From positions 1-43,816 of the forward strand of contig WRGQ01000169.1 of assembly GCA_009787115.1 (NCBI GenBank): a stretch of 43,816 bases of DNA, written 5' to 3'. The notes beneath the pieces were generated by a model that saw nothing but the letters and a program-made list of their open reading frames with translations, was not told where the DNA came from and did not search any database. Source of the DNA: Bacteroidota bacterium. Its GTDB lineage: Bacteria > Bacteroidota > Bacteroidia > Bacteroidales > WCHB1-69. How positions within the stretch are numbered: the stretch's first letter is position 1; the number at the start of each line of letters is the position of its first letter. This document shows, one piece after another, positions 1-8,724 of the stretch. Both the position numbers and the translations under genes were made by a program.

Positions 1-58
1 AACCAGCGTTAAAAAGTTTGTAAAACAATAATTTGGGATAACTCCCAACAATAATCAA

Positions 59-89
59 TGGCTCTCCAAAACGGGGAGCCATTTTTTTT
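59..89 (+). terminator. Rho-independent terminator-like hairpin, probably ending a + strand gene that lies upstream of the window
   Basis: 9-bp stem TGGCTCTCC(59-67)/GGGGAGCCA(73-81) with one G-U pair, 5-nt loop AAAAC, followed by T8 (82-89). Could alternatively be the subterminal hairpin of the adjacent IS200-like remnant. Confidence 0.5.
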
Positions 90-138
90 GTACATTTTTC
101 CGTAAATCATTGTTTCGTAATTTTATTCCCGTTAGGGA

Positions 139-238
139 ATATCGCTCATCATATTCCAATTCAAAATCTTTTAAGATCTTTTTGTATTCGTTTAAAAATG
201 TTCTTTTTTTTATGGTGTTTACAGCATACAACGGGCAT
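139..238 (-). pseudogene. C-terminal remnant of an IS200/IS605-family (Y1, RAYT-like) transposase, frameshifted
   Basis: One minus frame reads MPVVCCKHHKKK (238-203). The adjacent frame reads KKRTFLNEYKKILKDFELEYDERY (down to 139). Removing one nt next to the A8 run (204-211) gives HHKKKTFLNEYKKILKDFELEYDERY. This matches the conserved C-terminal ...HHKKKTFxEEYxxxLxxxxIxYDERY tail I recall for Bacteroidota Y1 transposases. No N-terminal catalytic part is present; the mutY stop is at 258. Confidence 0.4.
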
Positions 239-257
239 ATTGGCTTAATGGCGGCAG

Positions 258-1301
258 TTACGTGACAATATCGTATATAATTCCCTTTAACACAATTGGA
301 AAGGGATATTTATCCAAATCTTCAACAGAAACCGACAACCGATTATTCGTTAATTGAGGGAAAAAATCCTTCACTACATAAAACCGAATGGTTAAATGCT
401 GGTGTGTAAGTTTATGTTTTATCTCTTTCAAAAAGACAGGTTCTATACTGCTGAGACCGGCATCTGAAAGTACCATGTCGGTAACTTTCTTGCAAACCGA
501 GAGGGTTTCTATCATTGGAAACTGAAATAGATTTTTCCAAATATCATCTTCAGTACGCTGTTCAATAATTGTTTTACCTTCTTTTATGAAGATAAAATAA
601 TGGAAATACCTGTCTTTAATTTTAATATTGTTAGATTTCACAGGTAGCACATTCACTAATTCATTTTCAAACGCAACGCATTGAGTAACAAATGGGCAAA
701 CCTCACATTTTGGCTTTTTCGGGGTACATTGCATAGCGCCCAACTCCATAAGCGCCTGATTAAAACTACCCGGATTTTTTTTGTCGATCAACTTTTCGCA
801 ATGCAGTGTGATTTTGCCTACTGTTTTTTGTTGTGCAATATCATCATAAATTCCGAATATTCGTGAAATTACACGCAAAACATTGCCATCTACGGCAGGG
901 TAGGGAAGGGCAAAAGCGATGGAAGCAATTGCTGCCGCCGTATAGTTTCCAATACCTTTCAATTTTCTAATTTTTAAATAATGATGAGGAAATATCCCTT
1001 GATATTCCTGCATAATTTGTTGAGCAGCAACGTGCATATTTCGCGCTCGCGTGTAATAACCCAATCCTTGCCACACATACAATACCTCTTGCAGCGGCGC
1101 GTTTGCCAACGTTTTCACATCAGGAAAACGGTCAATAAATTTCAGGTAATACTCCCACCCCTGATTTACGCGGGTTTGTTGCAAAATTATTTCGGAGACC
1201 CAAATCTTATAGGGGTCGGTTTCTCCGCGCCAAGGTAATGGTCGCCGGTTTTCTTCAAACCAATCCAATAAAATTTTTGAAAAAGATGAAATTGTAATCA
1301 A
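258..1301 (-). CDS. mutY: A/G-specific adenine DNA glycosylase MutY
   Basis: 347 aa. N-terminal LPWR...DPYKIWVSEIILQQTRV (HhH-GPD superfamily). Fe-S cluster loop C-x6-C-x2-C-x5-C (CTPKKPKCEVCPFVTQC). C-terminal NUDIX-like extension. The apparent start codon is TTG. Confidence 0.9.
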   Translation of the reverse strand: MITISSFSKILLDWFEENRRPLPWRGETDPYKIWVSEIILQQTRVNQGWEYYLKFIDRFPDVKTLANAPLQEVLYVWQGLGYYTRARNMHVAAQQIMQEYQGIFPHHYLKIRKLKGIGNYTAAAIASIAFALPYPAVDGNVLRVISRIFGIYDDIAQQKTVGKITLHCEKLIDKKNPGSFNQALMELGAMQCTPKKPKCEVCPFVTQCVAFENELVNVLPVKSNNIKIKDRYFHYFIFIKEGKTIIEQRTEDDIWKNLFQFPMIETLSVCKKVTDMVLSDAGLSSIEPVFLKEIKHKLTHQHLTIRFYVVKDFFPQLTNNRLSVSVEDLDKYPFPIVLKGIIYDIVT

Positions 1302-2183
1302 CTATTGACTGTCAATAATTTGGAAAAGTTCGTCTAATCTTGGCGTAAGGATAATTTCGGTACGGCGGTTTTTAGCGCGTGCCTCTTTTGAATCTTCATT
1401 ATCAATAGGAACATACTCGCTTCTTCCTGAAGCAGAAATGCGTTGCGGGTTAATCTCTTTATTTTTCAATAGTTCTTTAACCACTGCGGTGGCGCGCATT
1501 ACGCTCAAGTCCCAATTATCTTTTATGTAGCCGCTTCCTCTATAAGGAACGTTATCGGTATGACCTTCTATGACAACATTAATATTAGTGTCGTTGGCAA
1601 GCACCTTACCCAATTCGGTTAAGGCTTCCTTTCCTTTGCTGTCAATATCCCAACTTCCTGACGCAAAGAGCAATTTTTCATCTAAAGAGACATATACTTT
1701 TCCATTTTTTTCATAGATTGTTAAGCCCATATCCTCAAACCCTTTCAGAGCATTGGCTACTTTATTTCTTAGCGCCTTAACTTCTGCATCTTTTTGATCT
1801 AAAATACTTTGCAGTTCATTCAAGCGGGCTTCTTTTTCAGCCAAAAGCGCATTTTTAGTTATATTCTGATCGGTAAAACTTTTCAATAATTCGTCGTAAT
1901 CCCCTTTCGTTTTATCTAATTGACGTTCTATAATTCGCACTCTTCTTCTTATAGATGACGTGTCTTCTTTCAAATTTTGAATTTGTATTTTTAAAGCGGC
2001 TACTTCCGATGCCAAATCTTTGCTTTTATTTTCAAAGTCAATTTTTTCGGAAGTTGTATAATTTAGATCTTCCGTACATTTTTGGTATTTGGCATCCAAT
2101 TCTTTGTATTTACTTTTTGTAACACAACATGTTGCGATAAGAGCAACCATTACCGACAGAGATAAAATTTTGATAATTTTCAT
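1302..2183 (-). CDS. OmpA-family lipoprotein with a long coiled-coil N-terminal half
   Basis: 293 aa. Signal peptide with Cys (LIATCC). Heptad-like charged region. C-terminal OmpA/MotB peptidoglycan-binding motifs (GHTDNVP...NWDLSVMRA...NRRTEIIL). Confidence 0.85.
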   Translation of the reverse strand: MKIIKILSLSVMVALIATCCVTKSKYKELDAKYQKCTEDLNYTTSEKIDFENKSKDLASEVAALKIQIQNLKEDTSSIRRRVRIIERQLDKTKGDYDELLKSFTDQNITKNALLAEKEARLNELQSILDQKDAEVKALRNKVANALKGFEDMGLTIYEKNGKVYVSLDEKLLFASGSWDIDSKGKEALTELGKVLANDTNINVVIEGHTDNVPYRGSGYIKDNWDLSVMRATAVVKELLKNKEINPQRISASGRSEYVPIDNEDSKEARAKNRRTEIILTPRLDELFQIIDSQ

Positions 2184-2205
2184 ATTGTTTTAGATTTTGA
2201 TGTGG

Positions 2206-2213
2206 CAAAAATA
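2206..2213 (-). promoter_or_regulatory. Candidate Bacteroidota -7 promoter box (TATTTTTG on - strand) for the OmpA-like/mutY unit
   Basis: The + strand reads CAAAAATA, which matches TAnnTTTG on the - strand, 22 nt upstream of the ATG at 2183. No clear -33 TTTG. Confidence 0.4.
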
Positions 2214-2255
2214 TATTTTTTCCAACCGAATCAAAATGAAAAGATAAAACCTGTC

Positions 2256-2465
2256 TTAATTATTTACCACCAGAATTTTCCCGATGGAAGTATTCACCAA
2301 TTGAAGGGATTTTGAGTAACTGATTAAAGTTTCAATAATCGCTTTTCGAGGGGTTTGGTTAAGGTTTACTTTGGAAGGTTTTTTATAAAGGGTTATTGCT
2401 TGATTCATAGGCGTTGTATTCGTTTTTAACAGAATAAAAACGCCAATACAAAAGAAATATTGCAA
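2256..2465 (-). CDS. Small hypothetical protein downstream of the ECF sigma factor (start uncertain: TTG 2465 or ATG 2408)
   Basis: The ORF is 69 aa from a TTG start or 50 aa from ATG (MNQAITLYKK...). No recognisable motif. Position immediately 3' of an ECF sigma gene is the only context clue. Confidence 0.3.
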   Translation of the reverse strand: MQYFFCIGVFILLKTNTTPMNQAITLYKKPSKVNLNQTPRKAIIETLISYSKSLQLVNTSIGKILVVNN

Positions 2466-2494
2466 ATAAAGTGAAATAAAATGTTATTTTCTGA

Positions 2495-3082
2495 TTATGA
2501 AATGATCACGTTCTTTTCTTTGATAAGTTTTCTAAGGTTGATCAGGGCGTAGCGCATTCTTCCTAATGCGGTGTTGATACTTACGCCGGTAATTTCGGCA
2601 ATATCCTTAAAACTAACGTCGTCGTAGATGCGCATTTCCAGCACTTCGCGCTGTTCTTCGGGCAGGTATTGCACTAAATTTGTGATATCGCTGTAAATTT
2701 GTTCCATAATAATTTTTTGCTCAACAGATGAGTCGGTGCCATTTAAAACATCAAAGATGTTGAAATCGCTGTTAGACTCAAAAACGGGCATCCGTTGCAC
2801 TTTGCGGTAGTAATCAATTTTCAGATTGTTGGCAATTCGCATCACCCATTGCAGAAATTTTCCTTCTTCTTTATAGTTGTCGGATTTCAGGGTGTTGATA
2901 ACTTTAATAAAGGTGTCCTGAAAAATGTCTTCTGCAAGTTCACGACTTTTCACCGACATAAGAATGTACGAGAAAACCTTTTTTTGATGTCTGTTAATTA
3001 AATGTTTAAGGGCAACTTCATCGCCGGAAACATAACGAGTAATTAACTCATTATCGGTTAGCGTAATCGATTTCATAATCAT
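2495..3082 (-). CDS. ECF-type RNA polymerase sigma-70 family factor
   Basis: 195 aa. Region 2 (EDIFQDTFIKV...WVMRIANNLKIDYYR). Region 4 HTH (SFKDIAEITGVSINTALGRMRYALINLRK). Confidence 0.9.
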   Translation of the reverse strand: MIMKSITLTDNELITRYVSGDEVALKHLINRHQKKVFSYILMSVKSRELAEDIFQDTFIKVINTLKSDNYKEEGKFLQWVMRIANNLKIDYYRKVQRMPVFESNSDFNIFDVLNGTDSSVEQKIIMEQIYSDITNLVQYLPEEQREVLEMRIYDDVSFKDIAEITGVSINTALGRMRYALINLRKLIKEKNVIIS

Positions 3083-3163
3083 ATTTTTTGGTTACTGAAA
3101 ATTGAGTGTAGAAATTTAATCGATAACGTTCCTCCTATAATTTTAAATGAATAAAAATCGGTG

Positions 3164-3171
3164 CAAATATA
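3164..3171 (-). promoter_or_regulatory. Candidate -7 box (TATATTTG on - strand) for the ECF sigma gene
   Basis: The + strand reads CAAATATA, which matches TAnnTTTG on the - strand, about 80 nt upstream of the start at 3082. Confidence 0.3.
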
Positions 3172-3324
3172 TAACAACTTTAATGCGAAAATTAAAATTC
3201 AGTAAAAAGAGGTAGAAAAATACGTATATTGCTGTATTTCAATACGAAAAAAAATTAAAAAGTATGAATAAAGTTGGGTTTTGCTATCAAAGTGACAAAT
3301 AATTTCAAGGAATTTATCCGGATT

Positions 3325-4107
3325 TTATTCATAATAGTCGAATTTCAGATGTTTAATCGTCATTCCTTTGTTAATCAGTTGTCGGAGGGAGTCTATTCCA
3401 ATCTTCAGATGTTCGAGCGAGAACTGTTCGGTAACTAACTTGTCGGTTTTTTCAGTTTTAATACCATCGGAGAGCATAGGTTGGTCTGAAATCATAAGCA
3501 GTGCGCCCGTTGGGATTCTATTATAAAAACCTACTGAGAAGAGGGTTGCAGTTTCCATATCTATAGCGGTGGCTCTGATAGTTCGCAGGTATTCCTTAAA
3601 TTTTTCATCGTGTTCCCACAGTCTGCGGTTTGTGGTGTAAACCGTACCTGTCCAATAATCTTTCTGGTAGTCTCTAATGGTTGAAGAGATTGCTTTTTGC
3701 ATATTAAAAGCGGGTAATGCGGGTACTTCGGGCGGGAAGTAGTCGTTGGAAGTTCCTTCGCCTCTGATAGCCGCAATGGGAAGCAATAACTCGCCCAGAC
3801 CGATATAGTTTTTGAGCCCGCCGGTTTTGCCGAGAAAAAGTACGGCTTTCGGATTTACTGCCGTCAAAAGATCCATAATGGTAGCAGCCATAGCGCTTCC
3901 CATTGAGAAATTGATAATTGTAATATTATCTTTTGTAGCGCTTTGCATAGGATTATCAACTCCCATAACTTCCGTGTTCATTATTTCAGCAAAATTAGCG
4001 ACATAATTTTTGAAATTAGTGAGAATGATATATTTCCCAAAATCCGGCAATGCCGTTCCAGTATATCTTGGAAGCCAGTTTTCCGCAATTTCAATTTTTG
4101 TTTGCAT
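3325..4107 (-). CDS. Nucleoside phosphorylase-I family protein (short AMP nucleosidase-like)
   Basis: 260 aa. PNP/UDP-1 fold motifs (LFLGKTGGL, IDMETATLF). Size and sequence style match the ~260-aa Bacteroidota proteins usually annotated as AMP nucleosidase. Confidence 0.7.
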   Translation of the reverse strand: MQTKIEIAENWLPRYTGTALPDFGKYIILTNFKNYVANFAEIMNTEVMGVDNPMQSATKDNITIINFSMGSAMAATIMDLLTAVNPKAVLFLGKTGGLKNYIGLGELLLPIAAIRGEGTSNDYFPPEVPALPAFNMQKAISSTIRDYQKDYWTGTVYTTNRRLWEHDEKFKEYLRTIRATAIDMETATLFSVGFYNRIPTGALLMISDQPMLSDGIKTEKTDKLVTEQFSLEHLKIGIDSLRQLINKGMTIKHLKFDYYE

Positions 4108-4134
4108 AAAGTGCTCAATATGGATAAAGCCTAA

Positions 4135-6198
4135 CTATTTTTTCAGTTTTTTAGACGGCTTCATAGCCTCCTTAATCTTATCAATAGCCGTTTGCGTACT
4201 TGTAAGCAATTCTGTAGTATTAATTTGCGTTCCTACGGCGCGTTCCATCCAAAGTTTTGGGGTTAATTTTCCCATAGCGTACATTCTGCATACTTCGTTG
4301 CCGAGATTTTTGTTTTTCAGATAATTCCCAATCTGAAAATCAATGATATGTCCGATTGGATAAGCAGATAAGTACAGCGGGGCGTCAATCATGTGAGAAT
4401 AGATAGCCAGAATGGTTTGCTCTTCATAGCCGAAAACCGGTGCATAATATTGATTCCAAACTTCTTTGGCAATTCTCATCACCGCATATTTTAATTCTGC
4501 TGCATCAGTGTCGGGGTGCTGGTACATCCATTGCCACACTTTAATGTCCACCAAAGAGACTCCCATAATTTCATAACAACTCCAGAAAATATCCAGTGTG
4601 TTCAGAGACTCCGTCATTTCATCATTATTTTTATACCCCAGCAATTCTAAATCTTTTCCCTGAAAGGTAAACGCCAGCGCTTCGGTGAAGGCGGTGTTCG
4701 GCACGCCTTTCAGGAAATAGTTCGGAACATCGTGCAAAGAGATAGTTTGCTCTACATTATGTCCAAACTCGTGCGTTCCGATGTTATATCCCTTATAGTC
4801 CATACCTTCGTTTGTAAATCGGGTACGCAGCATAGATTTGTCGGTTCTCATTTCTGCGCCCCACGCGTGTCCTGCGCCAACGGAAGGATCAACCTGAACG
4901 TATTGGCAAATATAGTTGGCTTTTTGTGGCGTAAATCCCAGTTTTATCAAGATATTGGGCAAATCTTTCTGGAATGCATTCACATTGGGGTATTTTGCAC
5001 GCACCGCCATATCTAATGAATCTTGATTGAGAGTACTTCTCGATTTGAATCCGTCGTACCATATATCAAAGGGTTGCAATTTTCTTCCTAACCTTTTGGT
5101 AATGATTTCCGCTACCTGTTTTACTTGCGGGGAGGTGAGCAGAGAGATAAAGAGGTTTTCAACATCTTCAAGTTTCATTTCCAATTCGCTTTCAAATCTT
5201 CTTGAAATATAGGTACTTCCTTCATCATAGCACTTGTCGGTAGCGCGTACTGCCTTAAAAACATTGAGCAAGTGTTTGTATCGGGTGTTGGGTTCCGGAG
5301 TGCTTCCAACTTCAACCAATTCGTACAAGTATGTTTTATTTGTTATCGGTTTCCAGTAATACCCTTCTGTTTCGTTCATAATTTCAGCAGGAATTGACTG
5401 GTCAATAATGGCTTTCATTATTCCGTAGATTAATTGCTGTTTTATTAATCCTCTATAAGTATCGGCATAAGCGGCTTTCAGTTCATCGCGAAGCCCCCAG
5501 TGGGTAATCAATTTAGTGCCATACGACCAGTAGCGGTTGCTGGAGCCGTTTGCAATCAGCCACATAGGAATATTATAGTTAGAAATATACTGGTCTGCAT
5601 TTGCTAATGCAGTAGCAATATTTTGCTGTAGATTTGCCGGAACGCGGGAATGGAAATAGTCGCCCAACCGAACATAGCCCCACTCGGTTTCGTTCCACTT
5701 GTGACCGTTGTATTCTTTCTCGTCCAAATTAAAATAGGGAAAGTTTAATGCAACGAGCAAAGCAGTTTTATTGGCAAACATATCATCGGAAAAATGTGCA
5801 TTCACATCGTAAGTAGCGAAAAGGTCATCAACAGGCATTGGGTTGTAGCCCGTTACCTGTGTAGGGCGCAACAAGTCGAGCGTAATTCTGTTGTTATGTC
5901 CGAAAATAGTTTCAAAATTTTCCGCTACACGGTCAAAAAGACGTTTTTTTTCTTCTTTAGTTTTACAGAAATTAGCTAAACAGAAATTATAGAAATCGGT
6001 TTCTGTGCCGTCGGTATAATTCCACAGCATTGCCATTTGTTCCACCCCTCTTTCAATAACCGCTTTGGAAATTTCACTCTGACCGGAGAGATCCTGAATG
6101 GTTCTTTTTCGTGTACCTTCAAAAATAAATTGCGCATTTGTTGTAAAAAATTGTGTCATAAAGATTAGAGACAAAAGAATTGTTAAGATTTTTTTCAT
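4135..6198 (-). CDS. Secreted gluzincin-type zinc metallopeptidase (family not assignable by eye)
   Basis: 687 aa. N-terminal signal peptide (MKKILTILLSLIFMTQFFTTNAQ). HEFGH zinc motif with a downstream Glu in FTEALAF about 25 aa later. Confidence 0.6.
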   Translation of the reverse strand: MKKILTILLSLIFMTQFFTTNAQFIFEGTRKRTIQDLSGQSEISKAVIERGVEQMAMLWNYTDGTETDFYNFCLANFCKTKEEKKRLFDRVAENFETIFGHNNRITLDLLRPTQVTGYNPMPVDDLFATYDVNAHFSDDMFANKTALLVALNFPYFNLDEKEYNGHKWNETEWGYVRLGDYFHSRVPANLQQNIATALANADQYISNYNIPMWLIANGSSNRYWSYGTKLITHWGLRDELKAAYADTYRGLIKQQLIYGIMKAIIDQSIPAEIMNETEGYYWKPITNKTYLYELVEVGSTPEPNTRYKHLLNVFKAVRATDKCYDEGSTYISRRFESELEMKLEDVENLFISLLTSPQVKQVAEIITKRLGRKLQPFDIWYDGFKSRSTLNQDSLDMAVRAKYPNVNAFQKDLPNILIKLGFTPQKANYICQYVQVDPSVGAGHAWGAEMRTDKSMLRTRFTNEGMDYKGYNIGTHEFGHNVEQTISLHDVPNYFLKGVPNTAFTEALAFTFQGKDLELLGYKNNDEMTESLNTLDIFWSCYEIMGVSLVDIKVWQWMYQHPDTDAAELKYAVMRIAKEVWNQYYAPVFGYEEQTILAIYSHMIDAPLYLSAYPIGHIIDFQIGNYLKNKNLGNEVCRMYAMGKLTPKLWMERAVGTQINTTELLTSTQTAIDKIKEAMKPSKKLKK

Positions 6199-6289
6199 TA
6201 TATATTACTTTGATTATTAATAACTTACAGTAAGTTTTCTATTTTAGTAAAAAAGTTTGCGAAAATAGAAAAAGTTGCTAATAATCCTT

Positions 6290-6297
6290 TATCTTTG
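6290..6297 (+). promoter_or_regulatory. Candidate -7 box TATCTTTG upstream of the TonB-dependent receptor
   Basis: Matches TAnnTTTG. It lies only 9 nt before the ATG at 6307, implying a very short leader. TTTG at 6256-6259 is too far away for a canonical -33. Confidence 0.3.
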
Positions 6298-6306
6298 CCC
6301 GCTTTT

Positions 6307-8700
6307 ATGAAAAAACTTGTTTTAATATTTTCTACTTTCTTAATACTAACGTCATTAACTGCCCAGAAGGTTACACTTTCGGGGATAGTGAAAGATGCTG
6401 CGAACGGTGAAACGATTGTCGGCGCGTACATTATTCTTAAAGATTCGCTTTCAAAGGCTACTTCCAACGGCGCCGTTACCAACACTGCCGGCTTCTATTC
6501 CATCACCGTTGAAAAAGGAATCTATATACTTAACGTCAATTATTTGGGGTATAAACCCATCTCAGAGAAAATTACCATTACCTCCAATCTCAAGAAGAAC
6601 ATTGAAATTATGCCTTCCGCCATTATAGCCGATGAGGTGGTGGTGAAGGGAGAGGCTGCCGATAAAAATGTTTCCGGTATTGATGTTGGAAAAATGGAGA
6701 TGAAGATTGAAACTATTAAATCTATCCCTGCCTTTATGGGCGAGGCGGACGTTATACGTTCTATTCAGTTGCTCCCCGGCATTCAGTCAGGCTCGGAAGG
6801 GAACAGCGGCTTTTACGTGCGCGGTGGAAACTCCGACCAAAATTTAGTGATGTTGGACGAAACGCCCATCTTCAACCCGGGTCATCTGTTCGGCTTCTTC
6901 TTTATCTTCAATGCCGATGCTTTGAAAAGTGTAGATGTCATTAAATCGGGGATGCCCGCCAACTACGGTGGTCGCTTGGCGTCTATTGTAGATGTGTATC
7001 AAAAAGAGGGCAATATGAAGAACTACGAGTTAGACGGCGGCATTGGCGTTATCTTCTCCCGCTTTACCGTGCAGGGTCCGATTAAAAAAGATAAAGCCTC
7101 TTTTATCTTCTCCGGCAGAAGAACTTATATTGACTGGCTTATTCAACCTTTCCTGAAAACTACTTCGCCGTTTAAAGGCGCCAAATTCTATTTCTACGAC
7201 TTGAACGGCAAGTTTAATATCATTGTGAATGACAAACACCGGCTTTATATCGGTGGTTACTACGGAGATGATGTGTATGGCTTTAAATCCACGAGCGGCA
7301 ATATCAATTCGGTTTTTGCGTGGGGCAACGGGGCTGCTTCCGTGCGGTGGAACTACATTATTACCCCGAAACTGTTTTTAAACACCTCCGGTACTTTTAG
7401 CGATTATAAGTTTAAAACAAAAATGAAACAGGGCATTTACAATTTTGCCATCGGGTCGGGAATAAGAGATTATGCGTTGAAAACGGAACTCACTTTTTTG
7501 CCTAATCCCAAACACAATACTAAATTCGGGGTGTATTACATTTTCCACACTTTTTTCCCTTCCAATTTTGATGTGGAAGCCGGTGAGGGAAACTTCCTTA
7601 CTTTTCCGAAAACAAAACCTTTTTATGCCAACGAGTTGTCGGTCTATGCCAACGACGAATGGGATATTGTAAAATGGTTGAAAGTAAGTTATGGCATACG
7701 TTATTCACATTTTTCCCATATCGGGACATTTACACGTTTTGTTTTAGACGAACAGATGCGGGTGTTAGATTCTATCCAATACAAGCCCGGACAAATGATT
7801 TCTCAATACAATTATCCTGAGCCGCGCTTGTCTGCCCGTTTTTTATTAGATACCAACACTTCTGTAAAAACCTCATACACATTTAACTGTCAATATCTGC
7901 ATCAGATTTCTTTAGCAACCATTTCGCTGCCCACCGATGTTTGGGTGCCCAGTACCGAATTTGTGAAACCTCAAACAGGACATCAGGTCTCGCTGGGCGT
8001 TTTTAGAAATTTTTATAACAATATGTTTGAAGCCTATATTGACGCTTATTATAAAACGATGAACAACCTGACCGAATATAAAGACGGAATGGATTTATCA
8101 ACTTTTCAGGTAAATTCCGACCAGCGGCTTACGCAAGGGAAAGGCTATTCGTGTGGGGTTGAGTTTTTTCTGCAAAAAAACAGAGGACGTTTTACAGGGT
8201 TTGTGGGTTATACCCTCTCTTTTACTCAGAGAAAATTTTCGGAACTCAATAAGGGAGAATGGTTTTGGGCAAAATATGACCGCCGCCACGACGTCTCTGT
8301 CAGCCTCAACTACGAAATTATCCGGAATAAACTGTCGGTGGCTGCCGTTTGGGTATTTGCAAGCGGAAATACAATGACTATTCCTGTGGGATACTACTTT
8401 TTCAACGGCGACCTTATGACGGAGTACAACGACAGAAATGCCTACCGACTGCCCCCCTACCATCGTTTAGACCTTTCCGTGAACTGGAACATTGTGAAAC
8501 GCAAACACTTTGAAACAGGGCTGAACTTCTCTATTTATAATGTTTACAATCGTAAAAATCCTTTCTTTATCTTTTACGAAACCACCACCAACTTTGACCC
8601 CACCACCACTCCCCCTGTTTTTGAAATCGAAACAAAAGCCTATAAAATGAGCTTATTCCCGATAATACCTTCTATCAATTGGAACTTTAAAATAAAATAA
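6307..8700 (+). CDS. TonB-dependent outer-membrane receptor with N-terminal carboxypeptidase-regulatory-like domain
   Basis: The ORF opens at 6295, but MKKLVLIFSTFLILTSLTAQ from 6307 is a typical signal peptide. CarbopepD_reg-like segment (LSGIVKDAANGETIVGAYI). Plug motifs (IQLLPGIQSG...GFYVRGGNSDQNLVMLDETPIFN). Long beta-barrel. Confidence 0.85.
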   Translation: MKKLVLIFSTFLILTSLTAQKVTLSGIVKDAANGETIVGAYIILKDSLSKATSNGAVTNTAGFYSITVEKGIYILNVNYLGYKPISEKITITSNLKKNIEIMPSAIIADEVVVKGEAADKNVSGIDVGKMEMKIETIKSIPAFMGEADVIRSIQLLPGIQSGSEGNSGFYVRGGNSDQNLVMLDETPIFNPGHLFGFFFIFNADALKSVDVIKSGMPANYGGRLASIVDVYQKEGNMKNYELDGGIGVIFSRFTVQGPIKKDKASFIFSGRRTYIDWLIQPFLKTTSPFKGAKFYFYDLNGKFNIIVNDKHRLYIGGYYGDDVYGFKSTSGNINSVFAWGNGAASVRWNYIITPKLFLNTSGTFSDYKFKTKMKQGIYNFAIGSGIRDYALKTELTFLPNPKHNTKFGVYYIFHTFFPSNFDVEAGEGNFLTFPKTKPFYANELSVYANDEWDIVKWLKVSYGIRYSHFSHIGTFTRFVLDEQMRVLDSIQYKPGQMISQYNYPEPRLSARFLLDTNTSVKTSYTFNCQYLHQISLATISLPTDVWVPSTEFVKPQTGHQVSLGVFRNFYNNMFEAYIDAYYKTMNNLTEYKDGMDLSTFQVNSDQRLTQGKGYSCGVEFFLQKNRGRFTGFVGYTLSFTQRKFSELNKGEWFWAKYDRRHDVSVSLNYEIIRNKLSVAAVWVFASGNTMTIPVGYYFFNGDLMTEYNDRNAYRLPPYHRLDLSVNWNIVKRKHFETGLNFSIYNVYNRKNPFFIFYETTTNFDPTTTPPVFEIETKAYKMSLFPIIPSINWNFKIK

Positions 8701-8724
8701 CCACTAACCACTAACCGCTAACCC
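8701..8724. repeat. Heptamer tandem repeat CC(A/G)CTAA x3 plus CCC
   Basis: CCACTAA CCACTAA CCGCTAA CCC fills exactly the gap between the receptor stop (8698-8700) and the coaX TTG (8725). TAA falls in all three + frames. Confidence 0.9.

Noticed and set aside
3083-3324. The longest intergenic region (242 nt) as a possible tRNA, sRNA or gene remnant
   Set aside because: It has no cloverleaf-compatible stems, no G+C-rich helices, and no recognisable peptide in any frame. It is most simply the promoter/UTR region of the sigma gene.
6199-6306. Riboswitch (for example cobalamin or TPP) ahead of the TonB-dependent receptor
   Set aside because: The spacer is only about 100 nt, is AT-rich, and has no conserved riboswitch core motifs or extended helices. 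The candidate -7 box leaves almost no leader.
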